64,000 bases of DNA from Balanoglossus misakiensis (taxonomy: Eukaryota > Animalia > Hemichordata). The position numbers were made by a program, and so were the translations under genes. Shown piece by piece: positions 1-12,237 of this stretch. The DNA lies in NCBI GenBank assembly GCA_040954595.2, contig CM082576.2:9427129-9491128 (forward strand), in the 5' to 3' direction. Under the pieces are notes generated by a model. It saw only the letters and a program-made list of their open reading frames with translations, had not been told where the DNA came from and ran no database searches. Within the stretch, counting starts at the first letter, position 1. Each line of letters begins with the position of its first letter.

Positions 1-3000
1 CAGTGGCAGATAATATCCAGAGTGCCTTTCTATCCCGATTTCGTCACTCGTGCGCGTATGGCAATCCGTGAAAGTTGTCGCGTCGATGTGACGAACGTGA
101 TCTCCAAATCTCACAGAAGAGAGTTTCACTCCTTGTAAAACAGCGTTGATTGGCAGAACAGTTGGAGGGGCTGCTTCCAGCGCATAAAACTTCCTGCTGT
201 GTCGAAGAGTTAAAAGCTGAAAATGCCAAAAAAGACGAAAAGATATTAAAATGCGAGTCACGTTGGATCCAGGGTCAAGCATTGGCTGGGTGACTATTTA
301 GTGTACGGATTTGCATAATATACAGTGATTCATTAGTGATTTTATTACGTCGACGAGTGAATCTCTGTGACCTTCCGTCATTTCGTTGACAATTTCGAGA
401 GGGGGCACCAAAGTAAAGCATCATTTTCCTCAAATTTCATAATTTTCAGGTAAATTGGATTTGACGGGCTGTAATCATAATGGAGTAATAATCATGATGC
501 TGTCGTTTCAACAAGGTAGTCTGATTCTATGTGTTTGGGCTTGTACACGGGAGGGGGGGTCACGTGCTGGTAAGGGAGCTTTCAATAATTATGAGTCGGG
601 GGTCTTCCACCGACATGGCCCCCTCCCCCGCATGATAGTTTGTCACTACCTCGATAAGACTGCATCCTCGAAACTGAAAAATCGCCGAAGACCAACCTGC
701 AAATTTGACTTGCCGTTCAGCCTCGTGCACTAATTAATTCTTAGAGGTCACATTTTCGCGGAGACGGGCAATTTTGCGTGAGTCAGGCGGCGTTGTAGCT
801 GGCTTATTAATTCTCTCGTCATGATAGTGTTTTTAATATTGAGATTCCATTTATAGTTGATGACCAAAATGACCGTTGACTTGGAGGTGGGGAGAAAATC
901 GAGTGGCTCCACTGGGATTGTAATTAACGTTTGATGTGCCGAAAGTACAAATGTGTCATGATAAAAGGGAATATTGACTAGCCGAGCGTGAGCAGTCAAG
1001 CTGGCGTGAACACCCAAATGCATCACACCGTTGGATGTTCCCGCGCTCGCCGCGAACACGCCAAACGAAACGTGTCCAAGTCGGTGTCTCCAGTTGCACC
1101 AAGCATGCTACAAATCAATGCGTCTTCATTTAAATGTACCCTTTGTTTCTCTGTCCTGGAAGAAACATTACTTAATTTGGCGGTATATAGTGATAAAACA
1201 CGAAACTTATACATGATAATTGTAACGGTTGATTGACAGAATAAATATTTGCAGAAAATTGAATACCGAGATTTGAAGATTAAGTTCGGCCTTTTGAGTA
1301 CATTGTTCATGCATTTCACATTAATGTGGGGGGGGGGGTATTGAATAAATCAGAAAGACGGTAGCAGAATCAAGAATGATAAGGTAGTCATGGAGATGAT
1401 GCTGCGTGGCTCGGGGGAAGAAACGATAACGACCACCGCCCCCAATATTGAAGAAAGGCACTGAACAGCTTCGCCAGATAATGGATATGAAGCTTTGTCA
1501 ACAACGATTTTCGGCTGACTGGGAATTATTCAGGGTCAGTGAGTCCAAGTCTGGTTTTTCGTATTGATATTTGGAGAATGTCGGTATTTTCGCGCGCCTT
1601 CCCGGTGATCTGAAGTAAAAAGCAACAAAACACGCCTAATATTCCTTTTAGGACAAAAAAGCAAAACGGAGATATAGAAACCACGCGGATTTTGGAGAAC
1701 ACGGTGGTTTATTGGTAGTTCCTCTGGCTCTGCTAAGTCTATTATGAAGACCGTTTTGAGTACCGAATTTCAGGAAAAAATAGTGTGCGAGACAACAAGC
1801 AGACTCGGGTCACTGCCTAGGTAGAAATCGAAGCGACGGACCCCCGGGGGGAGCAGAAGAAAGTCGGCATCGCTTTGGTAGACACACCTCAGTGGGCGAG
1901 ACGCCCCTCGCTGGTGTCAGCGGTGCGTTATTGATAACACGCCGGGCGTATTATGTCACATTGTGCCGTTGTTGCGAGAAAAAAAAGCGAGTCGACTTTA
2001 CGCTAGGCTGCGATTTGAAGATTAATATAAGGCAGAAAACGTGACACTCTTAAAATTGTGCTTATGTAGAGGAGAGCGATAAGCGATATTATGAAAGTGT
2101 GAAGCATCGCATGTAATTTCCCAAATCTGCTGCATAAAAAATACACACGAAAAACTTGCAATATTTTTGAGGGCAACTGATGTTATTTTAGTCCCATTTC
2201 AAAGCGACATGGTTTTGCTTGGGGTAAAACACTGACTATCTTACCTAGTAAATGGGTTTTCTGAGTTGGATTTCTCTCTAAAGCAGTAGATTTCCCTTGT
2301 TCGTTTCACGGTGACGTCATTACAAGTCTTGAGAACGCAGATTTTAACGTGTTGCCCTGAAGTTAGTATATCGAGTTGGTTTACCGTGGCATTCACGTGC
2401 GATAAGACACATAAACACAAAAAAACGATTTAAGCGATTCCGTTCGTGGAAGTACTTTCCTCGGCAGTGTCACGCGGCCTGGAACTCACTTCATCCAGTG
2501 TCACGAAGATGACAAAAACAAATCATAATTCTCACATCCAATATTCCACTGCAGTGTGCATTTTCTAGTCAGGCTGTCGAATATTGGTTTATGGCTGATG
2601 GAATTATTATTAAATAGACACAAACGTGATCCCGTTTCACCTCAATATTTCCTTTTGTATGTACTCCTTGTTACACAGTCTATTCATAGGCTGCATTAAA
2701 GTAATTATAAGATTCCGCACTCAAAGAGCGACGTTAATATCAGAAACTAAATAAATTAGAAAACGGGACACTCTGAATCCGCCTCCCTGGATCAGTCCGT
2801 CAAAAAAATACGCAACGTTTTATGGAAATGTAAACACGGCATGGAAGCCGGCGTTAAATGCCAACAGGAAAACGAGATGCTATTTATGGACAGACCGGGG
2901 GAAGCTGGCAATTTTTAATCCAAATAAACTGAAAATATTCTCTCATTTATCAGATCAAAGGCTGTGGATGTGGATGATGTCTTAATGACGTTCAAATATT

Positions 3001-6000
3001 GACAACCAACGTGATGAAATATGTGCGAAATGTAAAGCCAATCCTGTGCGCGTTACTTCAAAGTCATTTCGACGATCGCGTGACGTATCCCCCCTAGTGG
3101 GTATTCTAAGACGATAATTGTTTGCCGTTTGCTGCGACAGTTTTAACGGAAGCCTTCTTGATTGCCAAATAATTTCTTAATTATCACCTAATTAATGTAA
3201 TTACATCACTCTCAATTAACTGCAAAATTGTACGATCACCGAGGGAGCCGCGTGTCAACACTTCTAAGCGTTGACGTTACACAAGAGACGTGTACAACTC
3301 CCATACACGGGATGGGAGCTAAAATGAAGAAGAAAAATGTCGATAATGTTCGATAATCTGTGATATTGATAGCCATTCAGGAGTCATGTGGTTATCGATC
3401 ACTGCTAAGTCTGTTTCAACGTCGACTAAAGTTGAATAAACACAAAATCGCTTACATGACGTTTTCCAGTGACTGGAATGGAAATAGATTTACTACTGGT
3501 ATGTCAATATTATTGACAACGGTGTCAAGATGTCGATTAGCAATACAGACTCGTGGTGGCGCTATTAGTTTATCCGACAATCCAAGTTTCACTAGCACTG
3601 TGACACAAGCTTACCGCATTTGGCATTGTCGGAAATTATCACCCTTCACAGAAGGCAGGTAATCAAAAGTGAAAAAAAAAACGTCTCCAGACTTAACTGG
3701 CACATCATCGCGATAATTAAATTTCAATGTGATGTCCATGTCATCGTTATGTCATTTAAATGTGTGTGATTCCGCGTGCTGTCATTTTTCACACGGAGTT
3801 CTTTGTTGGTATCATTAAATATGTTAACTTAACACAGACAACAGCTGTCAGGCAAGATTCTTGAAATATTTTAGTGGAATCGTTGAATTAAATTAACATC
3901 ACAATCCTTACAAGAATTGAACGACATGCCATTACAAGTGTAACAGGAACCGAACGGCGGGAATAAAAAAGGGTGTTCACTCTAGCCCACCGACCCCAAC
4001 GGCCCGGAAATTTGCCTTCCTCATTATTTTAATTTCAACCAGTTCTACTTCTTGATCCTCTGGCGCAGTTGTGTTTCTGTTTAGTACGGTTCCTACCCAT
4101 CTTTGTTCAATTATTGTCTCTTCGAGATGTGTCCTACGGAATTTTTGCGTTTTTCTATCGAGTTACCTACTAGTATCTATGTCTATATTAAGTGCGCCCC
4201 CATGTGAGCTTGGTGGGGTATCCGTACGCTCCCATGCAGTACTGAGACAACTTGGACAATGTCATTTTTTTATGAAAAGTAGTGACAGAATGGGGGACCA
4301 ATTCAGTCACGTGATCGTTCCTGCCTCTTGACATGAACGACACTACAATCGAACACGGTAGAAGAAGCGCTGGGAGGCAAGTTGATTGGTGGCCGGAGAG
4401 ATTAGATTTTTCTTCTGTTAACGAATGGTGATGGGAAGACTGAAATCTCAAAAGATTACACTTCCTCGTAAAGTATTTAACGCATTCGAAGAAGCGTCCA
4501 ACGGTGGAAAAACCCAACGATGATATAATTTAAATCACGCATGACGACAGCAATCGCGGATATGCTAATCAAAATGACGAGACGTGGATCCTATTTTCCC
4601 AGGAAAATCTACATGTAGTTGAACACCCTAATCATTTATGTAAACAATAGCCCACGAACTGTCCCTGCACATACCGGTACTAGTAATGTGCGCTCGTTTC
4701 TCGATGGGTGATGCAGATCTTATCTATATCTAAAACGGAACTGTTGTCTACGACTCGGCCACATATCAGCCGTCTCACTTACCCAAACTTATAATCTCTG
4801 AAATACTTTAATAACGTAATCAGTGCATCATGCCCTAATTTGTCACGACTTCAACATCATCACGATTGTTAGTCCATGACATTCGATCGCAATTTTAGTA
4901 ACTACCTAACTCCTCACGACTTCTCTCTGTTCGTAGCGAAATGTCGAGGAACTGTTAAAGGTTCCTGGCCTTGTTGAGGGTCAACAAATTGGCTCGTGTC
5001 TCGACTTTTGGCCCGGTTTACTATAAAACGTCATTACACATTGGTTTAGTTTAGGAAATTCGTGAAGGTATACCAGGAAACAGAAGAATATTCTCCCCAC
5101 TATGGAAACGACCGAACGCATCGCAGCCAAAGAAAAACATGAAGACTGCCTAGATAAATGTGACCACTAATGCTATTGGTCAATTTTTAAACACGGTTTA
5201 ATACTTCCGGCCAGTACCCCTTTGACTGTGGTAAACTTTTAGTTTGATTTTGATTTGTCCTAGCCAATGTCCTTTGGAACTAGACTAAGTCATAGTACAG
5301 TCAGTTACAGGTTAACGTTGCGTTATTGTCCAGAAAACAGACAGCAAAATAACAATTTGAGTTTAGTATGCTGATCCACTAACAACTATTGCATCAAATT
5401 GTGGTGTTTTAATTTTTTTGTAACAATGTGATATGTACCTATGGTCGATTTGATGTTCCTTTAGGTACAAGTATCAGTTGATTGCGAGACATGATATTTG
5501 TTGTTCGGTGTGAGGCTTCCAGAATTTCAGTTTTCGCTGACCGTTCTGCTGTTATATAATCCAAATGGAATGTTAATCCAACAGGTGGTCAGTGGCCCAG
5601 ATGGCACAAGTGCGGCGACCGCGAAGTTCATAAGGTCCCACACGACCTGCCCGGCCCTTCGGAGACAGGTTGATTATTAGTATACATGAAGTGTTTGCTG
5701 CCACGTTTTTCGGCATGACACGTCGGAGTTCAGAGGTTGGAGGTTTCGGCGCCTATTGATTACAAACGAATTCGTAGTTTGAGCACTGCCGACATAGAAT
5801 ACCACTATCGTTGAAAATTATTGTGAAAAGGCGGGCCTTCTGCTATAGCTTTCTATCATTGACAGTTTTGGGACCCCCTATCCCCAGAGGCTCACATGTT
5901 TATGAAATTGCGAAAGAAAACAGGAAAATTCTATTAATTATTGAAAGAATGGTAGTGGGCAGACGTCATGATTAAGGCGCTTATAACGACAAACGTGTTG

Positions 6001-7379
6001 TGCAGGTGGTACACAACAAGAGCACGGTTGCGAGGTGGTATTAATACCATACACCACATCATATCATTTACACCGTTGTCGTGTAATAAAGCACGATAAA
6101 AACCCGGGCGTGTCCCGCTTTGAAGCGTCAACTGATAACAAACCTCTTCGTGACTCAGATATGTAATATTTGTATAGAGCGGAGATAAGCATTTGTTGTG
6201 AAGTATTCGCCTTGATAATATTTGATAATACTGAGATAACGTGTAATTCCGTGCGAGGTGTTTCCTCCTCACGGCCACTTCACTACTCGACCTATGCGTC
6301 ATCCCTGGTCCAAACACGCACGATCGGTGAATTTTAGAAGAGTTGTCGGAGAAGTCGCTTCCTGTTTACAGAACGGGAATGAAGCTAGCTTCCATTTATT
6401 GTGATAAATTATATTTGTATATGCATGATATCAGGGGGCAGTAGTCGTAACTTTCAATGATATTTTCATTATCTTCTACGTATCCACTACAGTTTCTCTC
6501 TACACCTTGGTGGCATATACCAAGTAATACAGATTATTAAGATCACAGTCTTTATGTGCACAAAAAACAACTGAATTTCTATCTGAGTTAAAATTCATAC
6601 GTCAACAATAACATTTAACGCATATAGATGCATTCTTTTGGTAAAAATTTAATGTGTACCTAACCCTTGGGTCTCAATGGCCTATGGTATTATACATTAT
6701 ATTCAGCCACTCCAACTGCTGTCAGGTAAACCCAGATCTTAGCTACCGTTCGATTCCCAGACATTAATTAAAAGTGTATTCACAATATCATAAATTTGTA
6801 AATCACCATTGTTAGTGTTGGTAGGTAGTAGACAAATATTTTGTGTGGTTCACAAGCAGAGGAATGTAGGTGCGTAGACTACCTAGCTCAGACAGAGATC
6901 AAAAATGCCGACAATATAATCAAACATTTTCGTGTATCTACACGTTAACCATGGTTCAAGCTCTGGTTTCAAGTGATATTATAAGGTCATTTTTTCGCCG
7001 CGGCCGACCTTGGTCATAGCTGTGTGGTCAATCAGGTCAATGAATATCACAAGCCTCGACACATGTCTCATCGATTTTGGCCATTGGTGTTTCCTTGGCG
7101 ATACGCAAGCAAATAAACAAAAACAAAATATGGTTAAACACAGGTAAGACCTTGTTGCATGCGTCACCTAAACTACGCATTGTCTCATTGAACATGACAG
7201 TGCCTTTCCCCGTACTGGCACCGTATACACAGTTCACGGTAGGCTTTACTAGTAATCGGCTAACCAAATATTTGCAGATGCAGTGACATATTTCCACGTA
7301 GCGCTTGAACAGGGTGTAACCATAACACAATTTGTCATTGGTTCTAATAAATTAGCTGGGCGGGTCGTGACTGACTGGG

Positions 7380-7416
7380 TATATAAATAAGCGTGCGAGA
7401 CTGGGCTTCTTCAGTG
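7380..7416 (+). promoter_or_regulatory. TATA box plus initiator of the GPI micro-protein gene
   Basis: TATATAAATA at 7380-7389, followed about 30 nt later by Inr-like TCAGT at 7411. The ATG is at 7511. Confidence 0.6.
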
Positions 7417-7510
7417 AACATTTGAGAAGCGGTGAACAACGAAGCCACCAGAACACGCAAGCATTTACCATCTCCTCGCGGTAACCAAAGACACCTAACA
7501 AAGTTTCAAA

Positions 7511-8802
7511 ATGAACAGCAAAGTGAGTATTTTTCTGTTTACTGTAGTATTACAATGTGTCATATAGTAGGTTCCACAAACTGGGCTACAAGTATACCGG
7601 GGATCGTGTTCGTATTCGCTATCATTACGGGATAAAAGGTTGAGGCCAAAATTTGAAAATCTTCAGAATTTAGCAACGCTGCGCAAAATGCATCTTTATT
7701 CATCGTCGTTTAGAAAGGGAAACTTGACCTGCACTCGGAATTCGTTTTCTTTCTTTTTTTGAAGTGTTGTACGTTTTTTACGGAAATGCGCCATACCACC
7801 TGTTGCCAGATTTTCCACAAAGCAAGCTGTTCGAAAGAGAGACCAACAGCGACAATAGTCCAACGACTCTGCGATGATATCATGATACAATTCCAACTAG
7901 TGTGGGAAAAGACCCTCTATAATTATAGGGCCTTGCTGTCTGTCACTGATTATAGTAAACTCATTGATATTTTTTTTCTGTCATTGCAGTTATTCTTGGT
8001 TCTCGTCGGCGTCACCATGGCTGCATGCATGACACTGGTGCAAGCCAATACTACATACGCATCCACTGAAGCACTCTCAACTGGCCCTACCTCAAACACC
8101 ACCGACGAAGTCATGAAGACAACATTACTCGTTACTGAAGGTACAGTCATCATGTGCATTTACATGTACAGTCATAAATCCGCGCTGTATCTAAGCAGTC
8201 TGACGTAGCACACTCACCCTGGTCACGGTCACATAGGCGTGTAACACGTGTGCAATTTTGAAAACTCCCGACAATTTGTACTTTTTAAACTTCAGAACGA
8301 CCCACAATTCATCACAAATTCTATGAAAACTGCCCAGAAAAATATATGCATTTAATCGACGCTGAAATTCACGCCATACCAATGTATTTTTGTGACTAGT
8401 TAAAAATAACCGCTTTGTTTGGAGACCCAAATCCACAGGCCTTATCACCAGTATTAATCAATCACCTGAAACATGTTACGGGTTGGTGCAAACTCCTTCA
8501 CTTGTGCACACACTCAAGAATTGCCGGCAAAAAAGGTTGTCCACTATAGACACGATTTATACTACATGATGTAATGTTATAGCCTCGAAGTGTCGGAGCG
8601 GCCGTGGATATAAATAAGTTCCTTGAATGCGCACCTTTATCAAAATACAGATCTAATGATTTAGTTTGATAAAGATTTCAATGGCCAAATTTGGTTTTTT
8701 TTTAAACTCTGCATTTTGATCTACACAATGGATCAAACTGTCAGTTGACAACGTACAACTTTCTTAATTCGTCCGTGTATAACCATAAAAATAGAGCTAA
8801 TG

Positions 8803-8849
<47 letters not shown>

Positions 8850-9014
8850 TTCATTTATTTATTTATTTAGTTATTTAGTTATTTATTTATTTACTTATTT
8901 ACTTATTTTGTTTCTGTTCGTGTAGGAAGTACCGCAGCGGCCGCGGCTGTATCGTTGACACCGCTTGTGACCCTTCTAACCTCTTGTCTGCTCTTCGGCA
9001 TGGCCAGACAGTAA
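7511..9014 (+). CDS. Small (83 aa) secreted, S/T-rich, probably GPI-anchored glycopeptide with CD24/CD52-like architecture; exons 7511-7522, 7990-8140, 8926-9014
   Basis: The junctions ATGAACAGCAAA|gtgagt, ttgcag|TTA...GAAG|gtacag and tgtag|GAAGT...TAA join in frame. Product: MNSKLFLVLVGVTMAACMTLVQA-NTTYASTEALSTGPTSNTTDEVMKTTLLVTEGS-TAAAAAVSLTPLVTLLTSCLLFGMARQ. It has a signal peptide, two NTT sequons and a hydrophobic C-terminal tail. Confidence 0.75.
8803..8908. repeat. (ATTT)n microsatellite
   Basis: About 100 nt of ttat/attt repeats immediately upstream of the 8926 splice acceptor. Confidence 0.95.
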
Positions 9015-12000
9015 ACCTGTCGAGTTCTGCCGACTGGACCATCCGTGGACGAATGACGCAATACAATTGACAGGAAAAGTGAAACATTTTTACCAGCCAC
9101 GTGCAAGTCCTCATTACACTGAGGGGAACAGATTTCCAGGGATATGTAGATTCAAGAGATAAAATTATGCGTTTGTTTTGTATTTTGTAAGTTGTTGAGC
9201 ACACCTAACCTGGCCGAACATCAGGTAACGATTCCCTTTTAGGTTTAAAGCTAAGGACAGGGTTTAAACCCACCACGCTGTGTTTAATCCCTTCCAAGAT
9301 GGGTTAAGACCACTGAAGGGGTTATCTGATCGGCCGCTGCAATGAAACCTCCCTGACCTCTTGTACAAGTTATTTCATTAACGGCTGTATGAAATGCAAT
9401 ACAATGAAGCCCTGGAAATGCCATACAGTATATCACTTGAGCTTAAAATTTTGTAACAGTGAACTTTGATAAATATTGAAAAACTAATAACAAATTAGAG
9501 GAGGATTATCTGTAATTATTGATAACATTTTCATGCTTTTTATTATCCGTTACGCGTGCAATAATCGTTCTGTAATTAACATTAGTGCAATACTTACATG
9601 TACCGATTGCGTGTAAAGAATGATACGGACACTTCAGGTAACGTGCAACACGTGGGTATAGTTGACATTTCTTTTATGACAGGAAAGTCATTTCCTTGAC
9701 GTTTAGTGTTTAAATCTTCCTATAACCGTGACTGTTCGAGGGAACTTCAAAGTTCACATGGCGACATGAAGATAGGAGAGATTTTTTTTACCTCACTTTA
9801 AGTATTTACACTTTGGAGAAAAAATGTTACAATGGAATAGCTCAAGTGATTTTGACAGGCATATATGAAGGAGCTGAAGTATGCGCATGGAAACAGCCGT
9901 GAAATTTGTATTAACAAGTTATTTGTACTTTGGTTATATTTCCCCTACCGGATAGGTATTTATTAACTGAATGTAATGAACACTTGTCGATGTATCCTGG
10001 CGATACTTTACGCATTTACAATAAAAAAATATTTTAACGTTAAATCTTGAACGTGGTGAATTACATTTGAGAGAGGGGGAGACAGAGTGAGAGAGAGAGT
10101 CTCTAAAATGTACCTTTTTTAGTAATACAACGCTGTTGGTGATGACATGACCACCATATACTGACCTATCACTGCAGAAAACGCCAGGGAAATTCAAATT
10201 CTAGCAGCCCAATCACTGCATGCGCGATATTTCTACGCTCAAATTTACACACAATTTTCTTTTGCACGCGTAGTAGCAAAGAAGGGGGTCTGACGTACAT
10301 CTTTCTGATAGTCCGTTACATGACAAACTTGAGTTTGAAACTCAAATCCATTCCTCGGGAACATTTAACTGTAATCGAGAAAAGGTGGTATATGCTTACT
10401 TGTTTGTTGGCGGAACGGACTTCGGCGAACAGGAAAGAATTGCAGTTTCTGTCGGCATAAAATCCCACAAATCTTCCCCGGGAAGTTCTCCAAAATCCAG
10501 GAACAATAATTCCTCCCGGCCAGCCACTCCATGTTTTTCGGCTTCACTTCCTACAGCGTATTTTGGGGGGGAAGTGAATACGCCTTCGTCATCCAACGCC
10601 ACGCCCTTTCCGCGAAAGTGGTCCGTGACACACGTGAAGGGACCCACAAATTGTGTGAAAGCGCCTGGCACTGCGCATGACCACACCCAACCAATAGCAA
10701 TCCCGATATACAATCAGTCTGACAGGAAAGCGGTGTGTGGTTCGTGATTGGTCATTTCACGCCAGGTGTTGTTGACGTGTTGTCCAGTGGACGCAATCGT
10801 TCAGATACTAGTATTCGGCGCCATGGGGGCGCAGGTTCACAGGATAAGATTGTTTCGACCCCTTGCTGAAATTGGAGCAGGGGGACAGATAGAAAGAATG
10901 ATAACCCACAAGCACATTGATTGAATTTCCAAAACTTTGCCTTAAATTGTAGATGTTGACTACACGTGACAATTGCACGAGAAAAGCAATGCAAACGAAC
11001 CCCAGAGATCTTATATCTCCCAGACCTTGGCAAGTACCAAGAGTACTGTAAAACGTGCAAGAGGGCAAAATTCAGCTTGGCGTAGTCTATCAAAACAAGA
11101 GCTTTGAAGCTTTTATCCAAATGTCAGTCCGCCAGACTTCATCCTAATTTATTTCTTGTAGCGTCTGATCTTGGCAACACATTGCGCGTTTAAAGATGCA
11201 TGTACTAGTATTTGGCAGCAAATCTGTCACTGGGCTTTATAGAAAGGGGGCCAGTAGACCACAAGGCAGTTTCACATTCATCTTTGTTGAGTTGTAATTT
11301 ATGAAACGGTTGTTACAACAAAGTGCAATGTTATGAATTATTTGGGGTGAATTACTACCCAGCTGTCATTAGATAAGTATCTAAAGATACTGCCGCTAAC
11401 ACCAGGTAATCTGTCGTGATAAAACGTCTTGCTTTGTTGGCAACTAGCCATACCTAGAGGCTTGACAATTTGATTAGTACGTGCAAGTCCTGAAAAAAGC
11501 AGGTACATGTATTGACAGGAAATTTCCAGGCTCAAAGAGCACAAGGTGTCAACCTTTGGCATTTAGCCCAAGTGACTGCCTTCAAATTGTCTAAAATTTA
11601 ATTGGCTGACCACCTAAACCCGCACTTTGTATTTCATGTGACAACTTGTGTAAATACACGGACATTTCAAGTGGGCACAGTGGTTACTATGATGGAATTA
11701 GGATTAACACAATGTGGTATTGTTGGAGGCAGCTGAAGGAAATGCCACTTTTTCGACCATAAATGATGACAAGTTTATAACTCAGCATATAGGTGGGCGA
11801 GTGGGACTGTCAGAATCAATAAATGTTCAGAATATTTCGGAGAAAACAATGATGGTTTTCATGCAGTCAAAATACAAAATAACCAACACGTCACCATCCG
11901 ATCGCACTCATTGGCAGCACGCGCAAGACACACAGACTGGGTAAAAAATAGGCATTTTATTGGCTAAAAAGAACTCTGGGAATTTTTTTTATTATCATGA

Positions 12001-12237
12001 TGGACATCAAAATCAGACTGATCAAATACCATGGACACTAATAGTGAAAAAAAAAACTGGAGAAATGACAAGATGCACAAACAAATCAGGTCAAAGTTCA
12101 AGTTGCCGGACACCTGCAACCTCCCACAGGTTTAGTTGTACACGCATAACAATAAAGTGTAAAGCACGTTTTTTTTCTTGTCCGGAACAAAAACAAGGAG
12201 TAAATCATTCTTTGTAACTTTTGAAGATGAAAAATAT

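Noticed and set aside
7759-8208. 149-aa ORF as a standalone gene
   Set aside because: It starts at a TTG in intron sequence. Only 7990-8140 is exon-like, as exon 2 of the GPI micro-protein.
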